DNA of 64,000 nucleotides from Promethearchaeota archaeon (GTDB lineage Archaea; Asgardarchaeota; Lokiarchaeia; Sigyniarchaeales; SOKP01), in contig JALGVJ010000012.1 in the NCBI GenBank assembly GCA_029838195.1, forward strand, positions 1 to 64,000, in the 5' to 3' direction. How positions within the stretch are numbered: position 1 is the stretch's first letter; the number at the start of each line of letters is the position of its first letter. Below are positions 41,026 through 51,957 of this stretch, piece after piece. A model generated the notes under the pieces. That model saw only the letters and a program-made list of their open reading frames with translations, did not search any database and was not told the DNA's origin. The position numbers and the translations under genes were made by a program.

Positions 41026-42327
41026 TCAAGGGCGTGTATTGATTAATTTATAGATTTTATCATTTTTTTTGACGAGGGAGACGACGAGCATGCCGACGGT
41101 AATGGGGTTAGAGATGGGGACGGTAATGGGGTTAGAGATGGGGACGGTAATGGGGTTAGAGATGGGAGTGATGTGCGGGGTTTCGGTAAGATTTTTCTTT
41201 TGCTTTATTTGAAGTGAGGTAATTTTTTGTTTAAGGAAGGTGTGGGAGCCTGCTCCAACAATTTAGATGGTGTCGTTAATTTTGAGGTGGTGATTTTTGA
41301 GGAAGATTTTAACAGCTTTTTTTTTGGGGTAATAGGAAAGAACGGAGCCGATTTGGATTTTTTTAAAAGTGGAGTTATTTCCATCATAGAATTGTTCGAT
41401 TTCGCTCCCCTTGGGCATTTTGAAGTAGAAGCCCGTGGAGAAGCCGGGGTTATAGACTTGTTGGAGCCGGGCGAGCCAAGCTTTGACTTTTTCTTGAGAG
41501 AAAGAGTTTTCATGATAGGCATTGATGGCTTATCGGTAGCATTTAGTAGTTTCGTGGATGTAAATGGGATCTCGCATGCGTCCTTCGATTTTAAAGGCGT
41601 CAATGCGAGCTTCGATTAATTGAGGCAAGTATTCAATTATGTAGAGGTCTTTAGTATTTAGGAAGAAGGTTCCGTCATAAAGGAGTTCATTATTTTGTTC
41701 ATCGATAACTTTCCATTTTGTTCGGCATGGTTGGACGCATTTTTCCCCGTTGGTAGAATATTGACGGGAATTTCAGATTTGCGCGGAGAAATAGCAGCGC
41801 TCCGATGGAGGTGCATTGAGCGCTATGGACGAAGGTTTCAATTTCTACGATGTTTAAAACTTTTTTAATGGACTTAATTTGTTCGAGAGAAAGTTCACGG
41901 ACTAGGATCAATCGTTTTGCACCAAACTTTTCTTAGAATTTAGCGGAACACGTATTAGAAATGTTAGCTTGGGTAGAAATGTGGAAATTCCATCCCAATT
42001 CTTTGGCGAGTTCGATGGCACCAATATTATGAACGGTAATGGCATCAATTTCGGAAGCAGCAGTCTCTTGAAGGATCCGTTCCAAAACAGGGAACTCATT
42101 ATCGTAGATGACGATATTCATAGTAAGATATGCTTTAACTTCATGGTCATGGCAAGTTTTTGTGATTTTTAGCAAGTCATTGAGTTAAAATTATCGCTGA
42201 ACATGCGCATGTTGAAGAATTCGACGCCGAAATATATGACATCAGTCAGGGAGAGGAGGGTGTTGGGGGATTTAAAATTCTTCAAGAGAGCCATTAATTC
42301 TACTTTTTTATCGATATTAGACACCAT
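41026..42327 (-). pseudogene. U32 peptidase family (TrhP-like) pseudogene with several stops and frameshifts
   Basis: Fragments VELMA, VIYFG..FNMR, HISTQANISN, RELSLEQI, ETFVH, CYFS..NRGKCVQPCR, KIEGRMRD and GFSTGFY, plus a C-terminal beta domain. Confidence 0.85.
41095..41166. repeat. Perfect tandem repeat, 3 x 24 bp (GACGGTAATGGGGTTAGAGATGGG)
   Basis: Three exact copies, encoding PISNPITV x3 in the U32 frame. Confidence 0.95.
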
Positions 42328-42466
42328 GATGAGATGCTTTAAAGCAGGCGTGTATAATTGGGGAATTCCATTCCATAATTGAGATTAAAAAAAATCGAGT
42401 TCAATCAAAAAATGATAAAGATAAAAAGAAATTAAAAAATAATTGGATTTGGATCCTCCCCCTATT

Positions 42467-44194
42467 TTACCCAAATAACCAGAGAGCGAGGAGTACTATG
42501 CCGACAAGAAACGCCAGGATAGCCCAAATGTAGGTCATGTGCTTGGAATAATTTCTATATCGCTCTCCATGAGCAGTTTCGATGGTATCGACTTGAAGGT
42601 AAGGGGATGGTCCTCGGCGATACCATCCTTTAATTCTTACTCGCTGCCCGACGAGCTTTCTGGCTTTTAGAATGGCCCAGAAAAAATCCACGATACTCAA
42701 GCCAAACCGATAATCGATGTACAACAAGCCAGTATCATCTTGGAAGTAGAGATCATCACTAAAATAATACCCGGGAATTCCTTGACCAACTATTATGCCT
42801 TCTAAGATGGCGGGTTCGCAACGGATGGGAGATACTTTCACGTTTACCAACAAATCGCTAATGTGCTTGGGTTCGAAGCCGCTTTTGTACATGAATTGGG
42901 TTTTAATGATGAAAGCAAAGGCAATCAAGTAGAAGCCAACGGCCCACATGAGGAGCAGGTTTGAGCCGGTAAAGGCATTTGTTATGGTGTCATTTACTTG
43001 TAATAAAATAGCGAAGAACCATACGATGGATACGGCAACTAACAGAACGAAAACGACGCTTGGGAGGTATTTTATCAATAAATCGGTGAGGAATTCATCC
43101 CAGAGTGTTTTTCCTGCTTGTTGTTCCTTTAATTGTCTTGCCCTGGAGAAATCGATGGCAGGTTTGAGCCCATAAGTGGGACATTGTTCATTTAATCGCA
43201 TGATTCTTTTGGCGGGAAGGGGATGCGTGCTGATGAGCTCATAGAAGCGAGCCCAAGGATTGAATAAATCCCATGCGGCAGTAGCTTCGATGATGTCTTT
43301 AGAAAAAGATCCTCCTCGTCCCACGCTAGAAATAGCAACTGCTTTTGCAGCTCTTGGATCGAAGATGCCCAGTCCTTTTAAAGCTCTAACGGGTGATTTT
43401 CTTCTTTCTTCCACGTTTGCATCGACCAGCAATCCATAAGCTATTTTAATCAAGCCAGTGGATAGAGCATTAGGATTCCTGAGGACCTCAGCAGAGTGTT
43501 CATCTGCATAATATTCTCGAATCCTACTAACAATGAGAGAAATTAAAAAGCCGATATAATAGGCGATGTAGGAGAGTGCAGCGATGATGATGAGAGCAAT
43601 CTGTAAATATGCGGCACTTTCACTGTCTTTCGAGGAGACTCTTCGAGTTCGAGAAAAAAAGCTGGCATAATAGGCCCATCGGGCAATGGTAAGGAGCACC
43701 AACGGGATGGCAAACACGATGGTCATTAAAATAAAATCCGAATGAATTACGTGTCCCAATTCGTGAGCTAAAACAGCATTTTGTTCATCTTCGTCAAGAT
43801 AATGAAAGATACCATCCGTGAGAACGATTCTAGAGGAGTTTTTCCCCCAACCAAAAGTAAAGGCGTTTGGATTGAAGTCATGAATTACTCCAAGCTTGGG
43901 CATTTTAATTCCATTGGTACGGACGACTGTATCGAGTGTATCTCGCAATTGTGGATATTTCCATGCGAATTCATCGGGTGTCATCCAATCTATTCGATAT
44001 ACCCAGTTTATAATGTAAGGGGATATCAAGTATTGAAGAAATACGATTCCTATCGTGATGAAAACCATTATTAACAAGCCATAGAGCGTGAAGGGGAGGA
44101 ACCAAGTTCCGATGAGAAATACTACAGCATATAATAATGCGAATAGAGCAGTCGTGGCAATTGTTGAAGCTAATCTTAATCCGATTTTTTTCAC
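42467..44194 (-). CDS. htpX: HtpX-like M48 zinc metalloprotease, long form with C-terminal extension
   Basis: PNAFTFG, AVLAHELGH, SRIREYYAD and STHP. Confidence 0.85.
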   Translation of the reverse strand: MKKIGLRLASTIATTALFALLYAVVFLIGTWFLPFTLYGLLIMVFITIGIVFLQYLISPYIINWVYRIDWMTPDEFAWKYPQLRDTLDTVVRTNGIKMPKLGVIHDFNPNAFTFGWGKNSSRIVLTDGIFHYLDEDEQNAVLAHELGHVIHSDFILMTIVFAIPLVLLTIARWAYYASFFSRTRRVSSKDSESAAYLQIALIIIAALSYIAYYIGFLISLIVSRIREYYADEHSAEVLRNPNALSTGLIKIAYGLLVDANVEERRKSPVRALKGLGIFDPRAAKAVAISSVGRGGSFSKDIIEATAAWDLFNPWARFYELISTHPLPAKRIMRLNEQCPTYGLKPAIDFSRARQLKEQQAGKTLWDEFLTDLLIKYLPSVVFVLLVAVSIVWFFAILLQVNDTITNAFTGSNLLLMWAVGFYLIAFAFIIKTQFMYKSGFEPKHISDLLVNVKVSPIRCEPAILEGIIVGQGIPGYYFSDDLYFQDDTGLLYIDYRFGLSIVDFFWAILKARKLVGQRVRIKGWYRRGPSPYLQVDTIETAHGERYRNYSKHMTYIWAILAFLVGIVLLALWLFG

Positions 44195-44631
44195 CTTTTA
44201 TTTTATTTCTTAGAATTTCAAAACTTATTTCTAATAAAATATTCCTTGATAATTAAATAACTTTAATGGATTATTAATTTTTTTCATTAAAATTATAATT
44301 TTCTTGGGAAAAAGGGGAAACAATTAGAGAAAAAAAATAGGAAAACCTATAAAGAGGGATTTTCATGAAATTTTTAGGAATAAAATATAAGAAAAAAAGA
44401 AAAAAAATCCCAAATTCTTACGCGTGGAGTACGAATTGGACCATTTTTATTAAGTTTCTCCCAATGCTTTTAATCTTCCTTGAAACCAATCAAATGAATG
44501 AATTAATTAGGGACAAATTTATTAACTTGAGATCATAAATTATTTAGGAAACAATATCTATAATTTCCTTAGGATTGGAAGGTAAAGATTGTTCATGCGT
44601 GATAGTTTGAAATGAGGAAGGGGGATTATTA

Positions 44632-45657
44632 TTGGAACGTAAAAAAAGGAAAGTTCGTTTCAATATCAAGGTTAAAAGATTTATGACAAATACGAAATTT
44701 TCGAAATTTTTTTTCGTGCTCATGGGTTTAATTCTTACCTTTCTAATCATTTTTTCAGAAAGCATTGTTCACGTGTGTGTTTTAGGCATCAATGGTAATT
44801 TCTGGACTTACTTGTTCTTTCCCTCCCTCAGTGATTTTTTATTGCGTTTAATTATATTAATTGTTCTTATATCATTTGGAATTTCTACCCAATTATACTT
44901 TAACATAAAGAAAAAGAGTGAGACTCGAATTAGAGTCTTGGAAGCTAGGACTCAAGATTTACTGGATAAATCTCTCTTGTATGGAAATCTTTTAATGCAT
45001 GATATTAAAAACATTTTTCAAAACATAAAATCTGCTGTAGAACTACTTCTTCTTTACTTACAACAAAATAAAGATTTGACTGAAAAAATGGAATTTTTAT
45101 CAATAATTAAAGACCAAGTTGATAGAGGAGCATCTTTAATCAAAGATATTAATTTCCTCATGCGATTTGAACAAGAAAAGGAGATTCTAAAATTTTTGGA
45201 AATCATGGAAATCTTAAAAGAAATAATTACTCATATTAAAAGAATTTATCCGAATCAAATCATTGAAATAACCATGGAGGCTCCTCAAGATCAGATTTTC
45301 GTGAAAGCAAACGAGTTAATTAGAGAAGTTTTTGAAAACTTGTTAGAAAATGCCATTAAATACAATGATAGCGACATCAAGAAAATCTTCGTTAAAATCT
45401 CTATAATCCAGAAAGATCATGAAAAATTCGTGAAGATGCAGTTCCAGGATAATGGAAGAGGTATTTTAAGTGAAAATAAAAAAATCATATTTCAAGACAT
45501 TTCAGAAAGGATTCAAGATAAATCTGGAAAGGGAATGGGGTTATCAATCGTGAAAAAATTGATTGAAAGTTATGGAGGGTCCATTACCGTAAAAGATAGA
45601 GTTCCAGGAGATCCTTCTCAAGGTTCGAATTTTATTTTGGAACTTCCCTATGCATGA
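44632..45657 (+). CDS. Membrane sensor histidine kinase
   Basis: Two TM helices, HDIKN, NLLENAIKY, DNGRGI, GMGLSIV and GSNF. Confidence 0.9.
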   Translation: MERKKRKVRFNIKVKRFMTNTKFSKFFFVLMGLILTFLIIFSESIVHVCVLGINGNFWTYLFFPSLSDFLLRLIILIVLISFGISTQLYFNIKKKSETRIRVLEARTQDLLDKSLLYGNLLMHDIKNIFQNIKSAVELLLLYLQQNKDLTEKMEFLSIIKDQVDRGASLIKDINFLMRFEQEKEILKFLEIMEILKEIITHIKRIYPNQIIEITMEAPQDQIFVKANELIREVFENLLENAIKYNDSDIKKIFVKISIIQKDHEKFVKMQFQDNGRGILSENKKIIFQDISERIQDKSGKGMGLSIVKKLIESYGGSITVKDRVPGDPSQGSNFILELPYA

Positions 45658-45862
45658 AAAATGAATTATAATTGTTGATAGCAAATCGTTCAAGGCGTCG
45701 TCCTTGAAGGGTTATTATGAATGTTCTACTCATCTTGTCCAAGAAAAAGTTTGAAATAAAAACCATTTTAATGTTCCGAAAAATCCCGGGATCAAAATTA
45801 GATTTAATACTAACTAAGTAATATTATAGTTTATATTAATGATCTCGAGAGTTAAGTAAAAA

Positions 45863-47797
45863 GTGAAATTTATAGATCCAAAAAAAGATGTTTCTCAACT
45901 TTTAAACAAGTATAGTAAGAAGCGTGTATCTCTCGAAAAAGCAATTAGAGGACACGTTCATCCAGGGGATCGAATTTTTATCGATTCCGGATGTTCCGAA
46001 CCTATTGATCTCACAAAAAAATTAATTGAATTAGGACCTGAACTTCCGGACGTGGAAATCCTTCATTTTCTTTCATTAAGTGATTTGGATTATTACGAAA
46101 CAGCAGGCGGGATTGAAGATTTATTCCGACACAATGCGTTTTTTATTGGAAAATCACTTCGAAAGTACATTAAAGCCGGACAAGCAGATTATACGCCCAT
46201 GTTACTTTCTGAAATTCCATTGCTATTTAAAAGAGGAAAAATGCACGTGGATGTGGCTCTCATTCAAGTCAGTCCGCCGGATAAATATGGTTTTTGCAGT
46301 TATGGGATTAATGTGGATATCGTAAAAGCCATAGCCGAATCAGCGGAAACCGTGATAGCCGAAATAAATCCTAAGATGCCCCGAACGTTAGGAGATTCAT
46401 TCATCCACATGGACGATATCGATGCATTTGTTATCAGTGATCATGACATTATTGAATATACATATAAAGAACCGGACGAGGTGGCTATTAAAATCGCGGA
46501 ATATACCGCTTCTTTAATAGATAATGAGTCTACCATTCAAATGGGAATAGGAACCATTCCTAATGCTGTAACGAAGGCATTAGAAGGTAAAAAAGATCTA
46601 GGCGTACATAGTGAAGTATTCTCAGATGGTGTCGTAGATTTAGTTGAGAAGGGTGTGATTACTTGCAAAAAGAAAACCATTCATGAGGGAAAAATCATCT
46701 GCTCTTTCATAATGGGATCACGACGCTTGTATGAGTTTGCAGATGAAAATCCCATGTTAGAATTTCATCCTTGTGAATATACAAACGATCCCTTCATCAT
46801 AAGTCAGAATAGAAAACAAGTTGCCATTAACGCGGCCCTGACCGTGGATTTAACGGGACAAGTCAATGCAGATTCTTTAGGACATCAATTTTACAGCGGT
46901 ATAGGAGGACAAGTAGATTTTGTAAGGGGTGCGAGCAGGGCTCCTGATGGTAAACCCATCATGGTATTACCTTCTACGGCGACTTTAGAAAACGGCAAAA
47001 TAATATCCAGAATCGTTCCTTATCTCCAGCCTGGTTCGGGAGTGGTGATAACTAGAGGAGACGTGCATTATATTGTCACGGAATGGGGAATTGCATATCT
47101 TTATGGAAAAAGCGTGAGAGAGCGTGTCTTGCAAATGATCAATATTGCTCATCCGGACTTTCGGGAAGAGCTCCTCGAGCATGCAAAGAAATGGAATTAT
47201 GTCTATTCAGATCAAGCGCTACCTAAATCCATTGACGGAAGAATTAGTATTTATCCTTCTCAATATGAAACTACATTGGTTTTGAAAAATAATAAAAAAT
47301 TATTAATAAGGCCCGTCAAACCGACGGATGAACGGATGATTCAAGAGTTGCATTATAGTTTAGATGAAAATGACCGTTATTATCGTTTTTTTGCCCCTGT
47401 TCGGGATTTTCGTCATAAAAAAATACAACCCCTTGTTAATATTGATTATTCGACTAACATGATTTTAGTTGCCGTCCATGCTGAGGATTCTGAAGAAAAA
47501 ATAATAGCCATGGGAGCCATATTTAAAACAATTCATCCCTCTTTGGGTGAATTGGCCTTTGTTACTCATCCTGAATGGCGAAGCTTGGGTATTACTAAAT
47601 TTTTATTGGAATATTTGATTAAAATTGCGAGAGAATTAAATTATAGCAAGTTAGGAGGGTCTATTCTATTAGAAAACAAGCCCATGCTTCATATCATCAA
47701 TTCTGCAGGATATGATTTGACAATAAAAAAAATCGAGGGAGGAGTTTGGGAATTTGAAATGGATATTACCAATAAATTGCGTCGAGAAAATCGCTGA
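45863..47797 (+). CDS. Acetyl-CoA hydrolase/4-hydroxybutyrate CoA-transferase with C-terminal GNAT domain
   Basis: QMGIGTIPNAV, GVHSE, SGIGGQVDF and VTEWG. The C-terminus has IRPVKPTD..RFF..ELAF..WRSLG. Confidence 0.9.
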   Translation: MKFIDPKKDVSQLLNKYSKKRVSLEKAIRGHVHPGDRIFIDSGCSEPIDLTKKLIELGPELPDVEILHFLSLSDLDYYETAGGIEDLFRHNAFFIGKSLRKYIKAGQADYTPMLLSEIPLLFKRGKMHVDVALIQVSPPDKYGFCSYGINVDIVKAIAESAETVIAEINPKMPRTLGDSFIHMDDIDAFVISDHDIIEYTYKEPDEVAIKIAEYTASLIDNESTIQMGIGTIPNAVTKALEGKKDLGVHSEVFSDGVVDLVEKGVITCKKKTIHEGKIICSFIMGSRRLYEFADENPMLEFHPCEYTNDPFIISQNRKQVAINAALTVDLTGQVNADSLGHQFYSGIGGQVDFVRGASRAPDGKPIMVLPSTATLENGKIISRIVPYLQPGSGVVITRGDVHYIVTEWGIAYLYGKSVRERVLQMINIAHPDFREELLEHAKKWNYVYSDQALPKSIDGRISIYPSQYETTLVLKNNKKLLIRPVKPTDERMIQELHYSLDENDRYYRFFAPVRDFRHKKIQPLVNIDYSTNMILVAVHAEDSEEKIIAMGAIFKTIHPSLGELAFVTHPEWRSLGITKFLLEYLIKIARELNYSKLGGSILLENKPMLHIINSAGYDLTIKKIEGGVWEFEMDITNKLRRENR

Positions 47798-47829
47798 CGA
47801 GTATTTGAAGGTTTAACACTCACAATTAG

Positions 47830-48726
47830 TTGATCATTAATATAGGTGGAGGTGATCCCTTGATTTCATTATTAATTACCGAATTTCATGCTAACTATAT
47901 GAAAGAAGGTTTATCCGATAGGGTAATTGATGATTTTCGAAGAATTATTTTGGGGTATTATAATAAAAATAAGCGAAAATTTCCCTTTCGAGAAACGAGA
48001 AATGAATATTACGTGTTAGTAAGTGAAATCATGCTACAACAAACTCAAACGGGTGCGGTAGCGGAAAAATTCCTTAAATTCATAGAGTTATTTCCAGATT
48101 TTGCCTCGCTAGCTCGAGCTTCCTTAGAGGATGTATTGAACGCGTGGCAAGGATTAGGATATAACCGAAGAGCTCTTGCTTTAAAGACCATCGCAGAAAA
48201 AATCGTGAAAAACCATAGGGGTAAATTACCAAGAGATAAAGAAATCTTAATTTCTTTTCCTCAGATCGGAGACTCTACGGCATCATCCATTCTTGCATTT
48301 GCCTTTAATGAGCCCACCGTATTTATAGAAACTAATATTAGACGCGTGTATTTGTACTATTTTTTTCCCGATCAATACGTGGTAAAGGATACAGAGATTT
48401 ATCCGATCGTAGAAAAAACGCTTGATTGAGAAAATCCGAGGGGATGATATAATGCATTAATGGACCATGGAGTCATGTTCAAAAAGAAATTTCCAAACTT
48501 GAATAAAAGGAGCTTTCATTATAAAAAACAAAAAAAATTTGAGGGGTCCACCAGACAACTAAGGGGAAAAATATTAAAAATTCTTCTTACAAAAAAAGTC
48601 ATTAACAAACACGAGTTAATGAAAGAATTGAATATTAATGAAAAGAAATTAAGTGAGATAACAATTAGATTAGAAAGAGAGGGTTTTATAACAAAAAAGG
48701 ATAAACAAATTGTTTTAAACACCTAA
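47830..48726 (+). pseudogene. mutY: A/G-specific adenine glycosylase MutY with two in-frame TGA stops (48427-48429 and 48445-48447)
   Basis: VSEIMLQQTQ, WQGLGYNRRA and IETNIRRV. The junction reads LD*ENPRG*YNALMDHG in a single frame and continues to FEGSTRQLRG. Confidence 0.85.
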
Positions 48727-48776
48727 CAGGTTCTCTAATTCAATGGATCTGAAAATATTCTCGTTTTAGACGGAAA

Positions 48777-50093
48777 TTATTTAGAACTCCGCTGTTTTAA
48801 AAATTTTTTGGCTAATTGAGCTTGTCTTTTCCATGAACCGAATAAATTTCCGTTAGAAGTTAGCTTTTCTATCACGTTCAATAAATTTCCTTTCAGGAAT
48901 CCCGGAGCTTTCGAAGAAAAAGGTGTTTGAGGTAGGGGCATGAAGTAGTGAGCGTGAATTGTCGCTCCAAGCTTCGTTAAATCTTTCATTACTTTAATTG
49001 TTTTCTCTACATCACTTTCATTTTCTCCCGGTAATCCAAAAATAAAATCCACGATTGCTTTTAATTTATATTTAGTTGTTAATTCCACGGCTTTACAAAT
49101 ATCTTCTACGGAATGTCCTCTATTACAAGAATCTAATATTTTTTGACTCCCAGATTGGGCTCCTATTACGATATTATCATTAGATGCGTATTTTTTAATT
49201 AACTCAAGAGAAGCGGGAATGACATGTTCAGGTCGCGCTTCGGAAGGAAATGTACCAAAAAAAAGCCTTCCTTTCTTAGAAAAGCGATCCTTGGTCGTTC
49301 TCAAAAGCTCCTCAATTTTATTTAGATTCAGCTTTTTTCCGTCAATAGAACCGTAAGAAAAAGCATTAGGTGCCACGAATCTCACATCCGTGTGATCCTT
49401 GAATTGTTCAACCAAATCATCCACATGCTCGCAAATAGATTCTATACTTCTATGCCGAGGCTTGGTACCGAAAATGTGGGGTGTTTGGCAAAAATAACAA
49501 GCATGAGGACATCCTCTTGTGATTTCAATGGGGCCAAATCTTTTAAATTGGTGTTTGGGAAATGAGCGATAATCATCCAATTGAATAAAGGAACGCTTTC
49601 CGATGTATTGATGCTTTCCTTGCTCGTTAATGAAATAAATTCCTTTAACTTTTCTGATATCATCATTGTTTTTAACGTGTTTTAGGAGTTCAGAAAAAGT
49701 TTTCTCTCCCTCCCCAAGAACGCCAATATCAACTCCTATATCCAGAGTTCTTCGAGGATCACCTGTAGGATGAGGCCCACCCGCAATTAACTGAAGTTTT
49801 TTCCCATATCTCCTTTTTAAATTCTTCACGAGCCATTTTATTTCAAAAAACTGGGAAGTGAAAAGGGAAAAGCAAACATGGAGGAGAGCATGAGTTCTTA
49901 ATAATTCATTTATTTTTTGAAGAAGATCCCATTGAGACTCAATAATGAAAATATCCATGTCTCTCCCTTCTAAAACGTTTTCCGTTTCCAAAGCTGCTAA
50001 GAGAGCATTCCAACTATTCTTATTCACGTGCTCGTGATAAAGGATTACTGCGGTATCTTTAATAATATCACCTTCGAAATCATTAATATCCAT
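48777..50093 (-). CDS. B12-binding domain radical SAM protein (TIGR04013-like)
   Basis: AGGPHPTG, GEGE, EITRGCPHACYFC, FFGTFPSEARP, GAQSGS and HAHYFMPLP. Confidence 0.85.
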   Translation of the reverse strand: MDINDFEGDIIKDTAVILYHEHVNKNSWNALLAALETENVLEGRDMDIFIIESQWDLLQKINELLRTHALLHVCFSLFTSQFFEIKWLVKNLKRRYGKKLQLIAGGPHPTGDPRRTLDIGVDIGVLGEGEKTFSELLKHVKNNDDIRKVKGIYFINEQGKHQYIGKRSFIQLDDYRSFPKHQFKRFGPIEITRGCPHACYFCQTPHIFGTKPRHRSIESICEHVDDLVEQFKDHTDVRFVAPNAFSYGSIDGKKLNLNKIEELLRTTKDRFSKKGRLFFGTFPSEARPEHVIPASLELIKKYASNDNIVIGAQSGSQKILDSCNRGHSVEDICKAVELTTKYKLKAIVDFIFGLPGENESDVEKTIKVMKDLTKLGATIHAHYFMPLPQTPFSSKAPGFLKGNLLNVIEKLTSNGNLFGSWKRQAQLAKKFLKQRSSK

Positions 50094-50232
50094 GCCACTT
50101 AAAAAGGTTCATGGTTCTTATATTAAAATTAAGCGAACAATAATTAATCATCTAAATTTATTAACCACCATTTTATTATATTATTAACCTAAAATATTCA
50201 TTATAGTAGAAATTCCCATCAAGTGAAAGATA

Positions 50233-50700
50233 ATGCTATTTAATTGGTTAATTGCCACTTCCATCGATGAAGTGGGTGTCAGTTGGTTTGATTTTTATAG
50301 TTTAGGCCATATATGTTTTGGAATCGGTGTTTTTTTGTTTTTTTCCCTATTTTATACCATTCCGAAGCATCAAGGGAAAATTCCTATCTTTTCCCTATTA
50401 TTCGTTTTTATTTGCTCGCTTGCCGTTCTCATTACATGGGAGCTTTTAGAGAATTCCCTTTTTATTGAACTTGGATGGAAGTTTGAAGGGAGAGCAGATA
50501 GCTGGCAAAACATTACCACGGACATCATATTGGGGGTCGTGGGCGCCCTTTTCACGTGGCTTTATTGCTATTTAGTATTCGAGAAAGAGAAGAAACTCTG
50601 GCTCTATTACCTCTATGGACTGCTTGCTTTTGGCATCTGGTTAATATTTTTCTTCATTGGACGCTATATAACGTACTGGTATGCGGGACTCTACGCTTGA
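50233..50700 (+). CDS. Small membrane protein with putative metal-binding H/E/D motifs
   Basis: Four TM helices with FDFYSLGH, WELLEN and DSWQNITTD. Confidence 0.55.
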   Translation: MLFNWLIATSIDEVGVSWFDFYSLGHICFGIGVFLFFSLFYTIPKHQGKIPIFSLLFVFICSLAVLITWELLENSLFIELGWKFEGRADSWQNITTDIILGVVGALFTWLYCYLVFEKEKKLWLYYLYGLLAFGIWLIFFFIGRYITYWYAGLYA

Positions 50701-50846
50701 TGTGGCTTTTTAAATTTTTTACCCATAAAAATCGATATTATTATTTTTTTTTCCCTATTTATTAAATTTACTTTTTCTTTTATTAAAGAAAGCTTTAGAT
50801 TCTCGGGACACCTTTTCCATTAAACCTTTAAAGGATTAAATCTAAT

Positions 50847-51644
50847 ATGATACTACCCATGGTGGAAAAAGTAATAAAAATGCCCATGTTTTTTGAAAAA
50901 GGCACGATTCCTTTAATATTTTCAGTACCGCATGGAGGTTCCTTAAGGTGTAAGGAAATTCCTGAAAGAGAAAATGGTATATTTGGGATTGATAAAGGAA
51001 CGATAGAAATAGCAAGAAAATTATGCTCCATCATTTCCTCTCGATTAAAGATTAAAGAAAATAATGAAAAATCCATTCCTTCTCTCATCATATCCAACCT
51101 AAAGCGCTCACAAATTGACCTCAATAGAGATGAACATGAAGCCTTTAATTCTAACTCGAAAATAGCCAAAAAACTATATCATTTTTATCATGATAAAATA
51201 CGAGAATTCATTTCCTATAATTTAAAGTATTTTGGAATATCTCTTCTGATTGACATTCATGGATTTGAAAAACATAAGCGACCAGCGGGATTTAGGGACG
51301 TGGATATCGTCCTTGGAACTAATAATTTAAATTCCATTTCAAACACCCCTATTCCAAGAAAGGATTGGGATAAAAATATTAGAGGGATGCTCATTAAAAA
51401 ATTCTTGGAACATGATATTCCTATTGCGCCGGGCCATCCGAGAAGAAGGGAATACGTGCTCACGGGCGGATATATAACTCAAATCCATGGAGCATCGAGC
51501 ATTAATAATAGTCAGGCGATTCAAGTTGAATTTTCCGATAAAATTCGAATACATTATAAAAAGTATCAACAAGAAATCTTAGAAATCATGGCAACCGCGA
51601 TTATCGAATATTTAGATACTGCTCAAACATTAAAAATAGGTTGA
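50847..51644 (+). CDS. N-formylglutamate amidohydrolase family protein
   Basis: SVPHGG, IDLNR, YH, DIHG, LGT, GGYIT and IQVE. Confidence 0.8.
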   Translation: MILPMVEKVIKMPMFFEKGTIPLIFSVPHGGSLRCKEIPERENGIFGIDKGTIEIARKLCSIISSRLKIKENNEKSIPSLIISNLKRSQIDLNRDEHEAFNSNSKIAKKLYHFYHDKIREFISYNLKYFGISLLIDIHGFEKHKRPAGFRDVDIVLGTNNLNSISNTPIPRKDWDKNIRGMLIKKFLEHDIPIAPGHPRRREYVLTGGYITQIHGASSINNSQAIQVEFSDKIRIHYKKYQQEILEIMATAIIEYLDTAQTLKIG

Positions 51645-51957
51645 AATATCCGTGAAATTTATTCTTAAACATAGTGTTTCCATCAAAAAAAAAATCAAAT
51701 CCGCATGATATGGTTTAGATTTATCTTACCTCACTACAATATCCATGTTTCGCAAGGTTTTATTTCACGCTTGCTTAATGGGTGAAAATTCTCTTTCTCA
51801 TATGGCCAAATGACTTGAAGATATAGAAGAATAGAATTTTTAGTGGTCTTAAATAAAGGTTTAGACTATTTTGTTGAAAATTGATGATATCTCTTCTTAT
51901 TAATGGATTCTTCTAAATGATAAAATATTATATTAAAATTTCATTTTACACGATAAT

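Noticed and set aside
41095-41166. CRISPR array
   Set aside because: The repeats are directly adjacent with no spacers, lie in a coding frame, and there are no cas genes.
41205-41619. ORFs 41205-41603(-) and 41227-41619(+) as genes
   Set aside because: They are alternative or antisense frames of the U32 pseudogene.
40359-42327. ubiT-ubiU-like anaerobic quinone module (SCP2 next to U32)
   Set aside because: The U32 has a TrhP-like C-terminal domain and is a pseudogene, SCP2 has its own TATA box, and no ubiV or other ubi genes are present.
45689-45708. Hairpin TTCAAGG-cgtcgt-CCTTGAA after the histidine kinase
   Set aside because: A single 7-bp stem with no T tail or second copy could be chance, so no function can be supported.
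7163-48447. TGA recoding (Trp, Gly or selenocysteine) as an explanation for the in-frame TGAs in Nudix and MutY
   Set aside because: The TGAs fall at Gly, Trp and a variable position, so no single amino acid fits, and none is a Cys site. I saw no SECIS-like hairpin downstream. Many intact genes end in TGA (150-152, 15013-15015, 31202-31204, 61491-61493).
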